A stretch of 32,000 nt of DNA from a virus: the IMG/VR virus record IMGVR_UViG_3300045988_182205, positions 66,047 through 98,046 of that record. One strand, written 5' to 3'. Below, one piece after another: positions 1-8,841 of this stretch. The notes under the pieces are model-generated. The model did not search any database, was not told the DNA's origin, and worked only from the letters and a program-made list of their open reading frames with translations. The stretch's first letter is position 1. The number at the start of each line of letters is the position of its first letter. Made by a program: the position numbers and the translations under genes.

Positions 1-55
1 TTTATCTCCTTATTGTTATGGGGTATTTACTCCTTATGTTATCAGCGATTGTTTT

Positions 56-1039
56 TTAATTCATAAAATTCCAGTTATTGCCCAACCATTCACACCAGCC
101 TGTGGTGGAGGAGGGACAATTTTTGCTGTCCGCGCAGATATGATTCAGCAACATTGCCAAGTGAAACTTATCCAATGTCCGAATCATTTCGAGATTTGTC
201 TTATCAGACTGCACGATTGTCATGTCAACGTCGGTTTTCGTCTTGATGTACGACACGGCGTCGCTCATCTTTTTGAAAAAAATTCCGCAGACCGGGACAA
301 AGTATCCAACCTCGATGGAAAGCTCTGCCAAAAGACGGTAGCTATCAGCAGTGTTCGTCCTCTGGAAAAGTTCATCGAACTGAGTGCGAATTTTCTTCTC
401 ATCGTTTTTCCCAATGTCATTCAGGTCAAAGATGTATTCCTGAACAATGAACCCATTATTAGATTTCGTGGGCACATATGCTTTGTAACAGGATGCATCA
501 ATCTGTTTCATGACAATCGGAAAGTCATGGGAAGACGTGGAATAGAGACGTGCTTTATCGACTTCCTTTTTCAGCTTTTCCAGCAGCTTTTCAAGAACAG
601 CCTTGAGATATTCGGCGTGCTGATGGCAGATATCCACTTCTGTCTGGAACATACCGGTGTCATCTTTGAGCCGCCCGGTTTCCCATGCTTTGTCAAAGAC
701 GCACTTGAGTTTCTGGAACTCGGTTGCATCCAAGTTGTCGTATTTCCCGGACTTCGTTTTAGCCTCAAAAATGGCGATTGCTTCACGCACTTCACTGTAC
801 GAATCAAGTATCAACTCAAGGTCCTCCAAAAAGAGTTTCTTGTTGATGTCGATGGAGTAATTGATGTCGGTAATGCGCAAGGTTATGGTTTTTGCTTTTT
901 CTTCGACATCAAACCCCATTTCCCGGCAGATATCCGGGAACTGTTTCAGATACATCATATTTTTCACCTCAAACTTTCTCAGCGATATCTTCGCCGTATA
1001 CCATGCTCGGGTTGGAACCGTTGTCCAATTCGGCAACAT
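56..1039 (-). CDS. hypothetical protein
   Basis: Long ORF (327 aa) on the dominant coding strand; the real start may be the internal MMYLKQF, preceded by GAGGTG. Confidence 0.7.
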   Translation of the reverse strand: MLPNWTTVPTRAWYTAKISLRKFEVKNMMYLKQFPDICREMGFDVEEKAKTITLRITDINYSIDINKKLFLEDLELILDSYSEVREAIAIFEAKTKSGKYDNLDATEFQKLKCVFDKAWETGRLKDDTGMFQTEVDICHQHAEYLKAVLEKLLEKLKKEVDKARLYSTSSHDFPIVMKQIDASCYKAYVPTKSNNGFIVQEYIFDLNDIGKNDEKKIRTQFDELFQRTNTADSYRLLAELSIEVGYFVPVCGIFFKKMSDAVSYIKTKTDVDMTIVQSDKTNLEMIRTLDKFHLAMLLNHICADSKNCPSSTTGWCEWLGNNWNFMN

Positions 1040-1092
1040 AGCTAAAATCTACAGTTAATGTGTTTGTCGTAGGCAATTTCTCCTTTCCAAGT

Positions 1093-1127
1093 AAAAAAAG
1101 CAGGCCCGCCAAAATGGTGGGTCTGCT
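1093..1127 (-). terminator. intrinsic terminator inside the leader (T2)
   Basis: Minus strand AGCAGACCCACC-ATTTT-GGCGGGCCTGCT followed by TTTTTT; lies between promoter and downstream gene. Confidence 0.7.
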
Positions 1128-1198
1128 TGTTGTTTACAGATTGTGAATTGTACGGTGGCAAATGCTGCTAAGTGGAATGTTATCTATCGTACATTTCC
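1128..1198 (-). promoter_or_regulatory. conserved leader RNA, copy 1
   Basis: Minus strand TGTACGATAGATAACATTCC...CGTACAATTCACAATCTG; TGTACG can pair with CGTACA; shared with leaders at about 5240, 6308 and 30737. Confidence 0.6.
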
Positions 1199-1226
1199 AT
1201 TCTATTCGGTTCGCACAAACATGCAA
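1199..1226 (-). promoter_or_regulatory. recurrent promoter, copy 1
   Basis: Minus strand TTGCATGTTTGTGCGAACCGAATAGAAT: -35-like TTGCAT, 16-bp spacer, -10-like TAGAAT. Confidence 0.65.
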
Positions 1227-1230
1227 GTGA

Positions 1231-1262
1231 AAATGGGCCTTCCCAAAAGGAAAGCCCACTGT
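1231..1262 (-). terminator. probable terminator of the upstream transcription unit (T1)
   Basis: Minus strand AGTGGGCTTTCC-TTTTG-GGAAGGCCCATTTT. Confidence 0.5.
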
Positions 1263-1278
1263 ATGGTATTGCTGATAC

Positions 1279-1554
1279 TCAGATAGCTGCACAGAAGTTC
1301 GCAAGGCGCTGCCAAAGCAAGTAGTTGTCGTAGCTCATGCGTACCTTTTCGGGTACACCTGTAACGAGATACCACTTGTGTGCCTTAGCCTTGATGTTCG
1401 AGATGCGCTGCTGTTCACTGCGCGTAAAGGCTTTGCTGAACATACGGCGTCTGCGCCCGGAATTCCAGTATGCACCCTCCATGGTCTCGCAGATTAGAGC
1501 ATAGGCAAGTTCGTTCTGAACATCGTCATGGGTCAACTCGATAATCTTACCCAT
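1279..1554 (-). CDS. hypothetical protein
   Basis: 91-aa ORF in a co-directional cluster. Confidence 0.65.
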   Translation of the reverse strand: MGKIIELTHDDVQNELAYALICETMEGAYWNSGRRRRMFSKAFTRSEQQRISNIKAKAHKWYLVTGVPEKVRMSYDNYLLWQRLANFCAAI

Positions 1555-1556
1555 AT

Positions 1557-2195
1557 TCAGGCACCTACCTTTCGGCTGGACTTCTCTCGGCTCTGATGCA
1601 CCATGGAAAGCGCATAGTCGAGCGCGGCATCATCATCCGGCAGATAGGTGACAGATTTGAGTTCTCCGTACTCGCTGTGATGGCGCGGGATAGTCTTGGG
1701 TCTTTCCGTAACGACCGTCTCCTTCTCGAAATGCAGAGCAATCCGATTTGCAGGAACGGCATACCGTTTCTGCCGCTCGCATTCCTTGAAATAGTCGATG
1801 GGCGTTGCGAACCCCAAGGGTTTTCTGCCATCAAGTCCCGTAACGGTGACGACATACGCCTTGATGCCTTTCGCTTCCCGTCTCTGCTGGTCCGCATAGT
1901 AGTGGTAGGAGATGTACATCGGCGATTCCTTCAAATACGCGTTAGATTCCCGCGCAATGTAGGTCCCGCTTTCCCGGCAAAACCACAGAAATGTCTGAGG
2001 CTTGCCGTCGGCTTTTGCTTCCTTTGCGGCTTTCTGAATGACCTTTGTGTCGAGGTCAAAGTCCGACTGATATTGTTTTGTGACCTGCTTCATCGCAGAT
2101 TTCAGTTCCGGTAAAATCGGAATCATAGTATTATTCATTTCAATTCCCCTTTTAGAACGCTGTGAGCTTGGAAATATCCATGTCATAGCGTTCAT
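1557..2195 (-). CDS. hypothetical protein
   Basis: ORF in a co-directional cluster; start may be internal (MNNTMIPIL...). Confidence 0.6.
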   Translation of the reverse strand: MNAMTWIFPSSQRSKRGIEMNNTMIPILPELKSAMKQVTKQYQSDFDLDTKVIQKAAKEAKADGKPQTFLWFCRESGTYIARESNAYLKESPMYISYHYYADQQRREAKGIKAYVVTVTGLDGRKPLGFATPIDYFKECERQKRYAVPANRIALHFEKETVVTERPKTIPRHHSEYGELKSVTYLPDDDAALDYALSMVHQSREKSSRKVGA

Positions 2196-2517
2196 ATTTG
2201 TGGATGTAATCGAAAACGGTGTTCATCTGTGCCTGAGTTGCGGTTTTGGTGGCGTCCATATCGAGAAATGTTTTTCCCAAAGACGGATTACGAACCGCAA
2301 TCCAACCGCGCCGGTACAGGTAATCGAGACCCTTCCCGCTCCAATCATAGGCCATGTCCAAGACTTCCTTATCAGAGAGGTTCAGGCGTATTCTGTTTTG
2401 CATGATGATGCGCCCCGCAAGAGCCGCATGTTCTCCAAACTCGCAAGGATACCATGTTCCGTCCGGAGCAATCATGCCGTATTCAGATAACTTCTGGATA
2501 TTGTTAGATTCGTTCAC
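2152..2517 (-). CDS. hypothetical protein
   Basis: 121-aa ORF starting MNESNNIQKLSEYG. Confidence 0.6.
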   Translation of the reverse strand: MNESNNIQKLSEYGMIAPDGTWYPCEFGEHAALAGRIIMQNRIRLNLSDKEVLDMAYDWSGKGLDYLYRRGWIAVRNPSLGKTFLDMDATKTATQAQMNTVFDYIHKYERYDMDISKLTAF

Positions 2518-2536
2518 GCAAATGACCCCTTTGTAG

Positions 2537-3073
2537 TCAGGTGTTGTTGTCCAAAAACTCCTGGCATTCGGTATCGTTCATCACGAACCCGAAATACGCC
2601 ACACGCTTAACGGTCGTCTCCCAGACGCGCATCGTGCGACTCCGGGGCTGTACGACCCAGGAATGACAACGCCAAAGCCCGTCCTCGGAAAGAGCGTACC
2701 CGGTCGCAATAGAGCAGTGACCACGGTTTGCATCCCAAAGATAAGCGGAATTCGCGTGACATTGACTGGGCTGACCCTTGCGCATATAGCTGCTGCCATA
2801 GAAGAACTGCCCCCGACTGAGTGTTTTTACGGCGTCTTCGTCGTAGGCAGTCATGCAGACCTCATCTCCGCCGAAGCTGAGAATCTTGTCATGCAATGCT
2901 TTTATGGCATCGAGCATCTCCTTGGAGAATCTCGATTCGCCGTTATATACCTGATGGCTGTCAATCCACCGCTTCCAGTCATCGCTCATCGGATTCCAGT
3001 GGATGGGTGCGGGCATCTGGTCAGGGGCTGTGATGGGTTTCAGGCTATTCCAGCCTTTTCGTGTAAGTGTCAT
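2537..3073 (-). CDS. hypothetical protein
   Basis: 178-aa ORF; its start overlaps the end of the upstream ORF by 4 nt. Confidence 0.65.
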   Translation of the reverse strand: MTLTRKGWNSLKPITAPDQMPAPIHWNPMSDDWKRWIDSHQVYNGESRFSKEMLDAIKALHDKILSFGGDEVCMTAYDEDAVKTLSRGQFFYGSSYMRKGQPSQCHANSAYLWDANRGHCSIATGYALSEDGLWRCHSWVVQPRSRTMRVWETTVKRVAYFGFVMNDTECQEFLDNNT

Positions 3074-3423
3074 CTCGTTACCTCCGCTGGTTTCAGGAGT
3101 TTATCGATTCTTGCAATGATTTCATCGCGCTTCTCTCCGCTCGGAATCGAGTCACTGTGACCCTTATCCGTGAGAAGCGTGTCGAACATGGCAAGAATTT
3201 CATTCGGATTGACCGGCTTCTCGGCAGAGGCACGAAGATAGGCTTCGATATCTTCCACGAGATTCCAGTATTCCATGCCATACAGCATCGCACTGTTTTC
3301 GTTGCTATGCCGGTCTTCTTCCTCGCTTGCATCACTGCAAACGATAGGAAGTTTTATCTCGGCGAGATAATCGTCAAAGATGTCCGCAGTATAAGCGGCG
3401 AGCCAGCGAATATTGGTATTCAT
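3070..3423 (-). CDS. hypothetical protein
   Basis: 117-aa ORF, translationally coupled to the downstream ORF. Confidence 0.6.
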   Translation of the reverse strand: MNTNIRWLAAYTADIFDDYLAEIKLPIVCSDASEEEDRHSNENSAMLYGMEYWNLVEDIEAYLRASAEKPVNPNEILAMFDTLLTDKGHSDSIPSGEKRDEIIARIDKLLKPAEVTR

Positions 3424-3432
3424 GATTTTTCC

Positions 3433-3618
3433 TCACTTTCTTTCAGCTTTTGCCGCAAGCATCATCCCGCAGCATTTGTTCAGGCAAATGACACTGACCA
3501 CGAGCAGCGCGATATTGTGCAGCGTGAAGGACTGTGCCAAAGCACTGATGCTCAGGAAGATGAAGAGAACAAACAGGACAGCTAAGGTTTTGAAGAAGGT
3601 ATAGATGATTCTGTTCAT
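3433..3618 (-). CDS. small membrane protein
   Basis: 61 aa with a hydrophobic stretch TFFKTLAVLFVLFIFLSISALA. Confidence 0.5.
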   Translation of the reverse strand: MNRIIYTFFKTLAVLFVLFIFLSISALAQSFTLHNIALLVVSVICLNKCCGMMLAAKAERK

Positions 3619-3642
3619 GGTAATGCTCCTTTTTTGCTCCGG

Positions 3643-3993
3643 TTATCGAAGCATGTCAACGATTTTTCCGACCAACTCATCATTGGTCACAAACTGGTTG
3701 CGGCCCCTGGCACCGAGCGATACAGAGGAGTAATCCTTCATATCGGCGGCATAGCGAACCATATTCTTGTCGGCAATCGGCTGATAGCAAGACCGTTCTG
3801 TGGTCACATACACGCATTTTCCGTTCAAGATATTCATGATGTGTCCGTAGCAGCCCGTCTGCTTGCCGTTGCGCTGCATGTTTTGCAGGTTATGCGTCAG
3901 CATCAGACCGTCGTTCTCCTTCTCAGCACAGGAGAGCATAGACAGTAGTTTTCGGGTCTTATACGCAGTGTTAGTCATGGTAGATTCCCTCAT
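3643..3993 (-). CDS. hypothetical protein
   Basis: 116-aa ORF; likely start at MTNTAYKTRK. Confidence 0.55.
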   Translation of the reverse strand: MRESTMTNTAYKTRKLLSMLSCAEKENDGLMLTHNLQNMQRNGKQTGCYGHIMNILNGKCVYVTTERSCYQPIADKNMVRYAADMKDYSSVSLGARGRNQFVTNDELVGKIVDMLR

Positions 3994-3997
3994 TTCT

Positions 3998-4795
3998 TTA
4001 GAAATACTTGTAAGCAGCGTTCAGCCGCTTGTTGTAGAGTTGTAAGGTGGTCAGGTTCCCGCAATAGACCTTGCTGGACGAGATAGGAACATTCACCCCG
4101 GCTTCCATGTGCGAGAAGAACATCGCAAGACAATCTTCTACACTGTCGCTCGTGGTGAGTGTCTCGTATACCGGATACGAGTACCCCGCTGCCTGACTGT
4201 ATGTGGCATTGAGCTCATGGACAAAGAATTGAACCTGACCGGACACGGAACTTGCATCCAGACCCGATGCATAGCACCAGTTCAAGAGATTCGTCTTACG
4301 GCCGTGTGTCCATTGCAGAAGCCCATAGCCTCCGTCGTTCGGATTCTCGGCAGTAACACGAAGCCCGCTCTCCATTGCCATGCACCCCATTACAGCTGCA
4401 GTGCCGGCCTTAGAAAGACCTGCATCCCGCAACGCTGTATAGATGGCGTACTCATTGTCAGAAAGGTTCTGAGGCATCGTGTCCGTCACAGGTTCTTCTG
4501 CCGGTTCCTGTGCAGTCTCTGCCGTCTCGACAGAAGGCTCAGATACAGGCTTTGTCTCGGTCACCTCCTGCTCAGGTGCAGGCAGCACTGGCGCGAAAGG
4601 CGGCTGAGCGTTGAGTTCCCGAAGATGAACCTCCAACGGCGTGACATACTCGATATCAGAATCATCAGCTGGCTTTACCGACGCAGCATACGCAGGCGTC
4701 GAGAAAAAGCAGGCTAAGCAGCCTATGATGGTGATGATGCTGAGCATAAAAGCGGTGGTCCCGGCATAGAATTTCTGTTTGTCGTTCATTTTCAT
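3998..4795 (-). CDS. phage tail-type lysozyme with N-terminal TM segment
   Basis: C-terminal half NEYAIYTALRDAGLSKAGTAAVMGCMAMESGL...GYGLLQWTHGRKTNLLNW resembles the phage tail lysozyme domain; N-terminal hydrophobic helix AFMLSIITIIGCLACFF. Confidence 0.75.
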   Translation of the reverse strand: MKMNDKQKFYAGTTAFMLSIITIIGCLACFFSTPAYAASVKPADDSDIEYVTPLEVHLRELNAQPPFAPVLPAPEQEVTETKPVSEPSVETAETAQEPAEEPVTDTMPQNLSDNEYAIYTALRDAGLSKAGTAAVMGCMAMESGLRVTAENPNDGGYGLLQWTHGRKTNLLNWCYASGLDASSVSGQVQFFVHELNATYSQAAGYSYPVYETLTTSDSVEDCLAMFFSHMEAGVNVPISSSKVYCGNLTTLQLYNKRLNAAYKYF

Positions 4796-4879
4796 TTGTG
4801 ATTACTCCTTTGAATAAAAGTTCCCGCCGACAAAAGCTGTCTGGCGGGATGTGATTGATGTTCGGTTGTCGGAAAAACT

Positions 4880-5098
4880 TCATGCTTCACGGACTACGAT
4901 GGCGGTATATCCGCTGTTGGCAAGATACCGATACGCTGCATCATAGGCGTCGCCGAGCGTTGGGGCTTTGACATACCCGATAAAATCGGAGCAGATAACC
5001 ATGCCGGAAAAACCTGGGTTACCGGCATAGATGGCGAAGCGTGTGTTTTTCTTGGAATTGCGATTAAACATAGCGGACCTCCTTGCAGTCACGTTCAA
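4880..5098 (-). CDS. hypothetical small protein
   Basis: 72-aa ORF preceded by AAGGAGG; downstream of leader copy 2. Confidence 0.55.
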   Translation of the reverse strand: MNVTARRSAMFNRNSKKNTRFAIYAGNPGFSGMVICSDFIGYVKAPTLGDAYDAAYRYLANSGYTAIVVREA

Positions 5099-5124
5099 AA
5101 AGATGGATACGGATTTCTGAAAAC

Positions 5125-5161
5125 AAAAAAGGCAGACCTACCACGAATGGTAAGTCTGCCT
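5125..5161 (-). terminator. intrinsic terminator inside the leader (T2)
   Basis: Minus strand GGCAGACTTACC-ATTCG-TGGTAGGTCTGCCTTTTTTG. Confidence 0.75.
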
Positions 5162-5238
5162 AATTTGAAAACAGAATTGTGAATGATGTACGCACGAAAG
5201 ATTCGGCTGTGTAGAATGTTATCTATCGTACAATACCA
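5162..5238 (-). promoter_or_regulatory. conserved leader RNA, copy 2
   Basis: Minus strand TTGTACGATAGATAACATTCTACAC...GTGCGTACATCATTCACAATTCTG. Confidence 0.6.
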
Positions 5239-5266
5239 ATTCTATGCCGTTCGCAAGGATACGCAA
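5239..5266 (-). promoter_or_regulatory. recurrent promoter, copy 2
   Basis: Minus strand TTGCGTATCCTTGCGAACGGCATAGAAT. Confidence 0.6.
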
Positions 5267-5271
5267 GAGAA

Positions 5272-5314
5272 AAACAAAAAAAGGCGAAGTCTTCCGAAAA
5301 AGACTCCGCCATGG
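5272..5314 (-). terminator. intrinsic terminator (T1) of upstream unit
   Basis: Minus strand GGCGGAGTCTTTTTCGGAAGACTTCGCCTTTTTTTG. Confidence 0.75.
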
Positions 5315-5370
5315 TTTTGTGTGCGATTTTTGCATTTCAGTGTTGTTATTCACGGCACATTTCTCGCATC

Positions 5371-5922
5371 TTATTCTTCCTCAAGCCATTTCTTGGTGAT
5401 GTCAAGAAGGCATTTTCGGAATTCAGGAGCGGGCTGCATCGGAATCGAAGACCACTGAGAATCGAGAACGACTGGGTATTCGTACTGTTTGCCGTTATGC
5501 GAAAACGGTATGAACTGAACTTCTCCGTCCACGAGCCATAGCTTTTCCGTTCTGATGGGTTCGATGTACTCCGTCAGCCAGCATTCGTGCGTGACAACGG
5601 AATCCGCCACGAAATACTTTGTCTTATCGTCCAGTATCAGTGCTGGATTGTTATCCTCGACACAATACACTCTTCCGACGAACGGCAGGAGCATCGTCTC
5701 GGCGGCGTGTTTCGCGCTTCTCCCCTGCCGAATTTCCGATAGCAGGAAACTCGATATGAAATGCGGGATACCGATGCCGGTCAGGCAGTCATCGAGTGTG
5801 TGTCCGGTACAGATTCTCGGTGTTTCCTGGTCCTCCCCCTTCATCCGATTCGTAGGGATTTGCGGAACGACCTTGTCCGGCAAGCATCCGGTATTCGCCA
5901 TGAGATGAAATAGTATCTGCAT
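5371..5922 (-). CDS. hypothetical protein
   Basis: 183-aa ORF. Confidence 0.65.
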   Translation of the reverse strand: MQILFHLMANTGCLPDKVVPQIPTNRMKGEDQETPRICTGHTLDDCLTGIGIPHFISSFLLSEIRQGRSAKHAAETMLLPFVGRVYCVEDNNPALILDDKTKYFVADSVVTHECWLTEYIEPIRTEKLWLVDGEVQFIPFSHNGKQYEYPVVLDSQWSSIPMQPAPEFRKCLLDITKKWLEEE

Positions 5923-5930
5923 TATGGGAC

Positions 5931-6176
5931 TTACTCCTTCGGCAGTTTCTTGCGAAACGGGTCAAGGTCTCCTGGCCTATAGACCGACTTGACATAGGAT
6001 TTGATGTCGTCTTCTCCAAGGCTCTCAAAGAGATTCAGCCAGCATTCGGCTTCAATCCGCATCTCGCCGCCCATTTGATACGCTTTCTCGCACTGCACCA
6101 AATCAAACTGAAAATCGTTCTTGTAGCGGCAGTTTTCGGCTGCTTTTGCAAATTTCGTAAATGTTCTGGTATTCAA
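5931..6176 (-). CDS. hypothetical protein
   Basis: 81-aa ORF preceded by AAAGGAGG. Confidence 0.6.
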   Translation of the reverse strand: MNTRTFTKFAKAAENCRYKNDFQFDLVQCEKAYQMGGEMRIEAECWLNLFESLGEDDIKSYVKSVYRPGDLDPFRKKLPKE

Positions 6177-6205
6177 GGTTTACCTCCTTTTCTGAAAATG
6201 AAAAC

Positions 6206-6237
6206 AAAAAAGCAGACCCTCATTTCGAGAGTCTGCT
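6206..6237 (-). terminator. intrinsic terminator inside the leader (T2)
   Basis: Minus strand AGCAGACTCTCGAAATGAGGGTCTGCTTTTTTG. Confidence 0.7.
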
Positions 6238-6307
6238 CTAAGCACATAACAGATTGTGAATCTACCGGTATGGGGAATCAGAAGATGGTATCTATCATGC
6301 ACTTACT
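6238..6307 (-). promoter_or_regulatory. conserved leader RNA, divergent copy 3
   Basis: Minus strand GTGCATGATAGATACCATCTTC...GTAGATTCACAATCTG. Confidence 0.5.
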
Positions 6308-6335
6308 ATTCTATTCGATTCGCACAACTGTGCAA
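6308..6335 (-). promoter_or_regulatory. recurrent promoter, copy 3
   Basis: Minus strand TTGCACAGTTGTGCGAATCGAATAGAAT. Confidence 0.6.
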
Positions 6336-6393
6336 GGGGGATTTTAAGATGCAGCTACGCTTTCGATGGTTTCCCCGCAGCTACGCTTCCCGC

Positions 6394-6894
6394 TCATTCA
6401 ATGGCGGCAGCTACGCTTTCTATGTCGTCTGCGTTCAGGTTGATGTATTGCCACGATTGCGGGGCGCGTTTCAGGTGCAGCTGATGCATGGGCAGAGAAA
6501 GTTTGCGGACATTTGAGATATTCCAGCCATACAGCATGCCGGTTTTGTTGCCGTACTCGAACAGCGCGGCTATATCGATACAGCTTTCCCGAATAAACTT
6601 ATCCGCCATACCGGACAGCTTTTCGCCGTCTGCATAGTAAGGAGACAATCCTGTCAGGCAGTTCAGCTGGTCGATGTCCTCGCAGGTAAAAGCCCCGATG
6701 ATTTCCCCTGCACCGCCGTTTGCCTTTGTCTCATAGCAGAATACAGCGAATGGAAACGAGATTTCCCAAGGTCGAGATTTGCGGACTTCGAGCGTCTTTT
6801 CACCCGACATGATTTTAGCAAGCCATTCGCGTTTTATCGAAATGACGACCGCTTTGCCGTCATTTACCGCGAGTGCATTTTTGAGAGCAGTCAT
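6394..6894 (-). CDS. ASCH-domain protein
   Basis: VISIKREWLAKIMSGEKTLEVRKSRP...VFCYETKANGGAGEIIGAFTCE matches the ASCH fold pattern. Confidence 0.7.
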   Translation of the reverse strand: MTALKNALAVNDGKAVVISIKREWLAKIMSGEKTLEVRKSRPWEISFPFAVFCYETKANGGAGEIIGAFTCEDIDQLNCLTGLSPYYADGEKLSGMADKFIRESCIDIAALFEYGNKTGMLYGWNISNVRKLSLPMHQLHLKRAPQSWQYINLNADDIESVAAAIE

Positions 6895-6899
6895 GATTA

Positions 6900-7391
6900 T
6901 CAGTCCTTATCATCATTACAGAAGTTATCAACTTTCCCTTCTTCCCGCTCGTATGCGGACATGAACTGTGCGACAGCCAATTCAAAGTGACTACGGCTGA
7001 TACTGTTGATGTCCGAGAAATCGAGGAACGCATGCTCGAAATTGCTGGTCATTGCAACAAGAACGTGCATTTCGAATTCTTTGGCGAACTCTTTTGGCGT
7101 GCCATCGAAGTGGATGATGATATCCTCGGGCTCCACATCGGGGTCAACATAGTTCGAAATAGCATCATCCTTCGCGTCACGAAGAAACTCGTTGACACTG
7201 TCCTCGACTTCGAGTTTGGTATAGTCACCGAGCGGCACCCCCTGCTCCTTGGCGGAATCAGTTGCAGCCATCATCTTCATGACATAGTAGCGGAACATGA
7301 GAAAGGCACATGCGCCCGTCGGTTTGAAGTCCCAAATGACCTTTTTCAGCTGCGCCTGACGGTTGTTTACGACTTTATAGTTGGCTTTCAT
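6900..7391 (-). CDS. hypothetical protein
   Basis: 163-aa ORF. Confidence 0.65.
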   Translation of the reverse strand: MKANYKVVNNRQAQLKKVIWDFKPTGACAFLMFRYYVMKMMAATDSAKEQGVPLGDYTKLEVEDSVNEFLRDAKDDAISNYVDPDVEPEDIIIHFDGTPKEFAKEFEMHVLVAMTSNFEHAFLDFSDINSISRSHFELAVAQFMSAYEREEGKVDNFCNDDKD

Positions 7392-7415
7392 GAAATCTCC
7401 TTCTTAAAAAATGCT

Positions 7416-8093
7416 TTACAACGCATGAAGATTTGATTTGCAGGGTGCATACATCAGCGGCTCGTCCGTTACTTTCAGAACGGTGCCGTCCCCTTGTCTG
7501 CACGCATACAGGATTGCTTTGAGCATCTCATAGGCAAGTTTGCTGTTGTAGGCAAGCCCTGCGTTTGAGATGCCGAAATTACCATTCCATCCAACCCTGA
7601 GTTTTCTCAGCTGTGGAATCAGAAGGTCACGGGCTTCCGCTATGCCGATGCCGCCCCAACGAGCGTCATGATACGCCTGCAGCTGCGGTTTGTTGTCGGT
7701 ATCAGCTATATCGAGAACCTCATAGATGATGCTGAACTGTCCCATTAGGATTCTGGAATACGCATCGAGGATGGCAGCAGCTTTTACCCAAGCACTTTCA
7801 TTCATGTCGATGCGCTTAGTATACGGGGTTTCCTTGTTCCCTACCTCGATATCCGCTGCCGCGAGCGCAGTCTGATAGATTTCCCCTGCTGCGTTTTGCA
7901 TGAAAGGTACGGGAGCGGTGACCTTGAAATCCGTGAACATCGTATATGCCTTTTCAATATTCGCGTCATGCACACCGTAGGCGTCACCCACTTCTTTGCA
8001 GATGGAAGAAAAATCATTGCCGTAGAATGTCTGCATCACCTGCATGATATGCAAAAACAGCTGATACTGCTTTTCGGTCATTTCGAAAATCAT
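7416..8093 (-). CDS. hypothetical protein
   Basis: 225-aa ORF. Confidence 0.65.
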   Translation of the reverse strand: MIFEMTEKQYQLFLHIMQVMQTFYGNDFSSICKEVGDAYGVHDANIEKAYTMFTDFKVTAPVPFMQNAAGEIYQTALAAADIEVGNKETPYTKRIDMNESAWVKAAAILDAYSRILMGQFSIIYEVLDIADTDNKPQLQAYHDARWGGIGIAEARDLLIPQLRKLRVGWNGNFGISNAGLAYNSKLAYEMLKAILYACRQGDGTVLKVTDEPLMYAPCKSNLHAL

Positions 8094-8233
8094 GGCGCAC
8101 CTCCGTTACTTTATTAGCATTATACCACAAATGTGTATTCAGTACAACCATGAACGCTGATTCGTAACAAATAAGATACAAACAAAAAAGTGCCCCTATA
8201 TTCCTCGACTGAAATCGAAGATTTTAGAGGCAG

Positions 8234-8321
8234 TGGCGCTCATGGAAGGATTCGAACCTTCGGGCGATTTCTCACCGGCGGTTTTCTGGACCGCTGCCAT
8301 CGGCCACTCGGCCACATGAGC
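8234..8321 (-). tRNA. tRNA-Ser, apparent anticodon AGA with C33
   Basis: Class II cloverleaf GCTCATG...CATGAGC-G-CCA; anticodon arm GCGGT-CCAGAAA-ACCGC; G73. Confidence 0.75.
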
Positions 8322-8324
8322 ATA

Positions 8325-8415
8325 TGGCGCAGAGAGCGAGATTCGAACTCGCAAGCCGGGGATTGACCCGACGACGGATTAGCAATCCGTTGCCCTACCG
8401 TTAGGCGACCTCTGC
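8325..8415 (-). tRNA. tRNA-Ser(GCU)
   Basis: GCAGAGG...CTCTGC-G-CCA, anticodon loop in GGATTGCTAATCC, long variable arm. Confidence 0.9.
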
Positions 8416-8496
8416 AGATTTGCACCCGTTTTGTTAAACAATAAAGTTGACTACCGAACTCTAAACTTTACTATCTCGTTGTGGGTGCTTGTATGA

Positions 8497-8568
8497 CCCC
8501 TGGCAGACTCGAACTGCCGACTCCAGCTTGAGAGGCTGGCGACTTAGACCAACTTGTCGAAGGGGCCT
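8497..8568 (-). tRNA. tRNA-Glu(CUC) (by anticodon)
   Basis: CCAGC-CTCTCAA-GCTGG anticodon arm and GGCAG-TTCGAGT-CTGCC T arm; acceptor stem has a mismatch and no encoded CCA. Confidence 0.7.
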
Positions 8569-8572
8569 TATG

Positions 8573-8658
8573 GTGTGCCGGGTAGGATTCGGACCTACGA
8601 ACCGTAACGGAACGGTTTTACAGACCGCCTGCTTTAACCTCTTGCTTACCGACACATA
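8573..8658 (-). tRNA. tRNA-Tyr(GUA)
   Basis: TGTGTCG...CGGCACA-CCA, anticodon in GGTCTGTAAAACC. Confidence 0.9.
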
Positions 8659-8660
8659 TG

Positions 8661-8736
8661 GTGCTCCCGGCTGGAATCGAACCAGCGACACATAGGGCTT
8701 CAACCTACTGCTCTACCAACTGAGCTACAGAAGCAG
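8661..8736 (-). tRNA. tRNA-Phe(GAA)
   Basis: GCTTCTGTAGCTCAG...GTAGG-TTGAAGC-CCTAT...GGGAGCACCA. Confidence 0.9.
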
Positions 8737-8739
8737 ATG

Positions 8740-8816
8740 GTGACCGAAATGGGGCTTGAACCCATACTCTCAAGCGTGAAAGGCTTGCGACTTAACCAAT
8801 TCGTCTATTCGGCCAT
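8740..8816 (-). tRNA. tRNA-Glu(UUC)
   Basis: GGCCGAA...CAAGC-CTTTCAC-GCTTG...TTCGGTCACCA. Confidence 0.9.
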
Positions 8817-8841
8817 ATAGCCGCAATCCTGCGGCGAGGGT

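Noticed and set aside
140-1045. 301-aa plus-strand ORF, and similar long plus-strand ORFs (2663-3160, 9856-10374, 24867-25613, 29745-30827 and others).
   Set aside because: They shadow minus-strand genes that have RBS, operon spacing and domain matches.
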